Assembly (NCBI GenBank): GCA_950097015.1
Contig: CATNEN010000037.1
Coordinates: 1,612,001-1,676,000, forward strand
Direction of reading: 5' to 3'
Origin: Macrostomum hystrix
Lineage: Eukaryota > Animalia > Platyhelminthes
DNA: 64,000 nt
This document shows, piece by piece, positions 62,143-64,000 of this stretch. The position numbers and the translations under genes were made by a program. How positions within the stretch are numbered: the first letter of the stretch is position 1; the number at the start of each line of letters is the position of its first letter. A model generated the notes under the pieces. The model saw only the letters and a list, made by a program, of their open reading frames with translations. It did no database searches and had not been told where the DNA came from.

Positions 62143-62708
62143 GGTGGTTTGGTGGTTCTGGGGGTGGTTTGGTGGTTCAGGGGTGGTTTGGTGGTTCTGG
62201 GGGTGGTTTCATGGCTCAGGGGTGTTTTAGTGGTTCAGGGGGTGGTTTGGTGGTTCAGTTGGCGGTTTGGTGGTTCAAGGGGTGGTTTGGTGTTTCTGGG
62301 GGTGGTTTGGTGGTTCAGGGGTTGTTTGATACGAGCGTAGTTCAGGGGGTGGTTTGGTGGTTCAGGGGTTGTTTGGTACGAGCGTAGTTCAGGGGGTGGT
62401 TTGGTGGTTCAGGTGGCGGTTTGGTGGTTCAGGGGGTGGTTTGGTGGTTCAGGGGTTGTTTGATACGAGCGTAGTTCAGGGGGTGGTTTGGTGGTTCAGG
62501 GGTTGTTTGGTACGAGCGTAGTTCAGGGGGTGGTTTGGTGGTTCAGGTGGCGGTTTGGTGGTTCAGGGGGTGGTTTGGTGGTTCTGGGGGTGGTTTGGTG
62601 GTTCTGGGGGTGGTTTGGTGGTTCAGGGGGTGATTTGGTGGTTCAGGGGGTGATTTGGTGGTTCAGGGGGTGATTTGGTGGTTCAGGGGGTGATTTGGTG
62701 GTTCAGGG
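62143..62708. repeat. 20-bp G-rich minisatellite (gtggtttggtggttcagggg), MLCK intron 2
   Basis: Tandem units read directly. Confidence 0.93.
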
Positions 62709-62842
62709 TTGGTTTGGTCGTTTGAATGGCTTAGGTTATATAACTTCCAGAAATTTGCTGAAAAAAGCAAAGCAACAATAAATCAGATGCGACGCAAATG
62801 CGCAAAATATTTTCTACGCAGAGTTAAAAATAGGAACCACAC

Positions 62843-62936
62843 CTGCCGATAATCTCGTGAACAGTGTAGTCCTTTTCAACCTTGCGATTTTTCTTCACTT
62901 CAACCTTCTTCTTCAGCAGCATCGGGTCTGTTTCGT
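62843..62936 (-). CDS. MYLK: MLCK-like kinase, exon 2
   Basis: ttttacAG acceptor; ETDPMLLKKKVEVKKNRKVEKDYTVHEIIG, joining exon 3 as GSGRFG. Confidence 0.85.
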
Positions 62937-63019
62937 CTGTAAAAGCGGATGGATGGATTTTTTGGGAATCAGGAAGCATTCTAGGCAGAGATTAGCAAAA
63001 CTGAATCATCAGGAAACTA

Positions 63020-63465
63020 AAACTTCAGGAAAATGAACCTTCAGGATATAGTGCATGGATTGGATATAGAACCTTCAGCAACTGAACTTTAGGAAACTGA
63101 ACCTTCAGGTAACTGAACCTTCAGGAAACTGAACCTTCAGGAAACTGAAACTTCAGGAAACTGAACCTTCAGGAAGCTGAACCTTCAGGAAACTGAACCT
63201 TCAGTAAATTTAACATTTAGGAAACTGAACCTTCAGTAAATTGAACCTTTAGGAAACTGAACTTTCAGGAAACTGAACCTTTAGGAAACTGAACCTTCAG
63301 GAAACTGAACCTTCAGGTAACTGAACCTTCAGGAAACTGAACCTTCAGGAAACTGAACCTTCAGTAAATTGAACCCTCAGGAAACTGAACCTCCAGGAAA
63401 CGGAACCTTCAGGAAACTGAACTTCAGGAAACTGAACCTTCAGGAAACTGAACCTTCAGGAAAAA
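63020..63465. repeat. 16-bp minisatellite (ggaaactgaaccttca), MLCK intron 1
   Basis: Tandem units read directly. Confidence 0.94.
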
Positions 63466-63510
63466 ACAGAGCGCATTGTTGCAAAATTTTCCGTTTAAAT
63501 AATCAGTCAC

Positions 63511-63562
63511 CTGGATCCGCTTCTTCTCGTCGCTGCGAGCGTTGAAAAACCCTTTTAAACAT
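63511..63562 (-). CDS. MYLK: MLCK-like kinase, probable first coding exon
   Basis: ATG at 63562: MFKRVFQRSQRREEADP, then a CAG|GTGACT donor in the phase exon 2 requires. Nine exons total 1017 nt, in frame (338 aa). Confidence 0.65.
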
Positions 63563-64000
63563 GTTCGGGCTTGCGATTCTAGGCCTGCTGACGCTATTGA
63601 ACTAATGCTGGCGTTAAACAGTGTGTAAGCCTGCTGAGGTCAGTGGCAGCGTAAACCTAGGAGCCAAAGTGGGCCAAGTCTTATTATATTAACGGACTAA
63701 GAGTGTTCGGGCTTGCCTTAGATTGGGTAGCAATAGCGCTGCCACAGAAAACAGGGAGGAAAAGCCTTGCCATCTTCCCATAGATTGCCTTTTTGGGAAA
63801 AATTGCCCTAGAAATATGCGCTTATTCCACTTTCCGTACAATATCCTTCATATCCGTTTCATATCCCTCACAATGGGAATTGAAAGAGAGAAGGCCACAC
63901 CGTAAACACCAGTAAAGTTAACACTTTCTTATAGAAAACAGTCTGTCTTAACAGTCAGTCAGAAAAAGCATAAAAACTGAACAAGGAAAGAGAAAATATT

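Overview
Eukaryotic (metazoan) genomic DNA: spliceosomal GT-AG introns, mostly GC-rich exons and poly-Q/A tracts. The style suggests a free-living flatworm such as Macrostomum, but that is inference only. Hand-spliced, frame-consistent gene models: a single-PDZ NHERF/EBP50-like gene (+, 1937-4367, 3 exons, 238 aa), a CD225/dispanin gene with a GS-repeat N-terminus (-, 5560-6480), a TP53I13/DUF3105 gene (-, 10683-15131, 4 exons, 263 aa), an orphan low-complexity ORF (+, 18872-19807), an intronless 4-EF-hand calmodulin-like gene (+, 22898-23383), a short APC homolog (-, 37881 to 32394, probable last exon 28433-28246) and a kinase-only MLCK-like gene (-, 63562-53660, 9 exons, 338 aa). Roughly half of the window (~31 kb by summing approximate array lengths) is tandem repeat, in about 35 arrays with mostly different 8-45 bp units. 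Almost every intron carries its own minisatellite, and several arrays show higher-order duplication. Mobile elements: a frameshifted IS630/Tc1-like transposon with DD30E spacing and ~155-bp TIRs, a non-autonomous hAT with a perfect 8-bp TSD that carries a minisatellite, two tRNA-derived SINE families (one CORE-like, one with a 15-bp TSD) and a MITE-like inverted repeat containing p53-type half-sites. Most long ORFs in the supplied track are artefacts of stop-free repeats.
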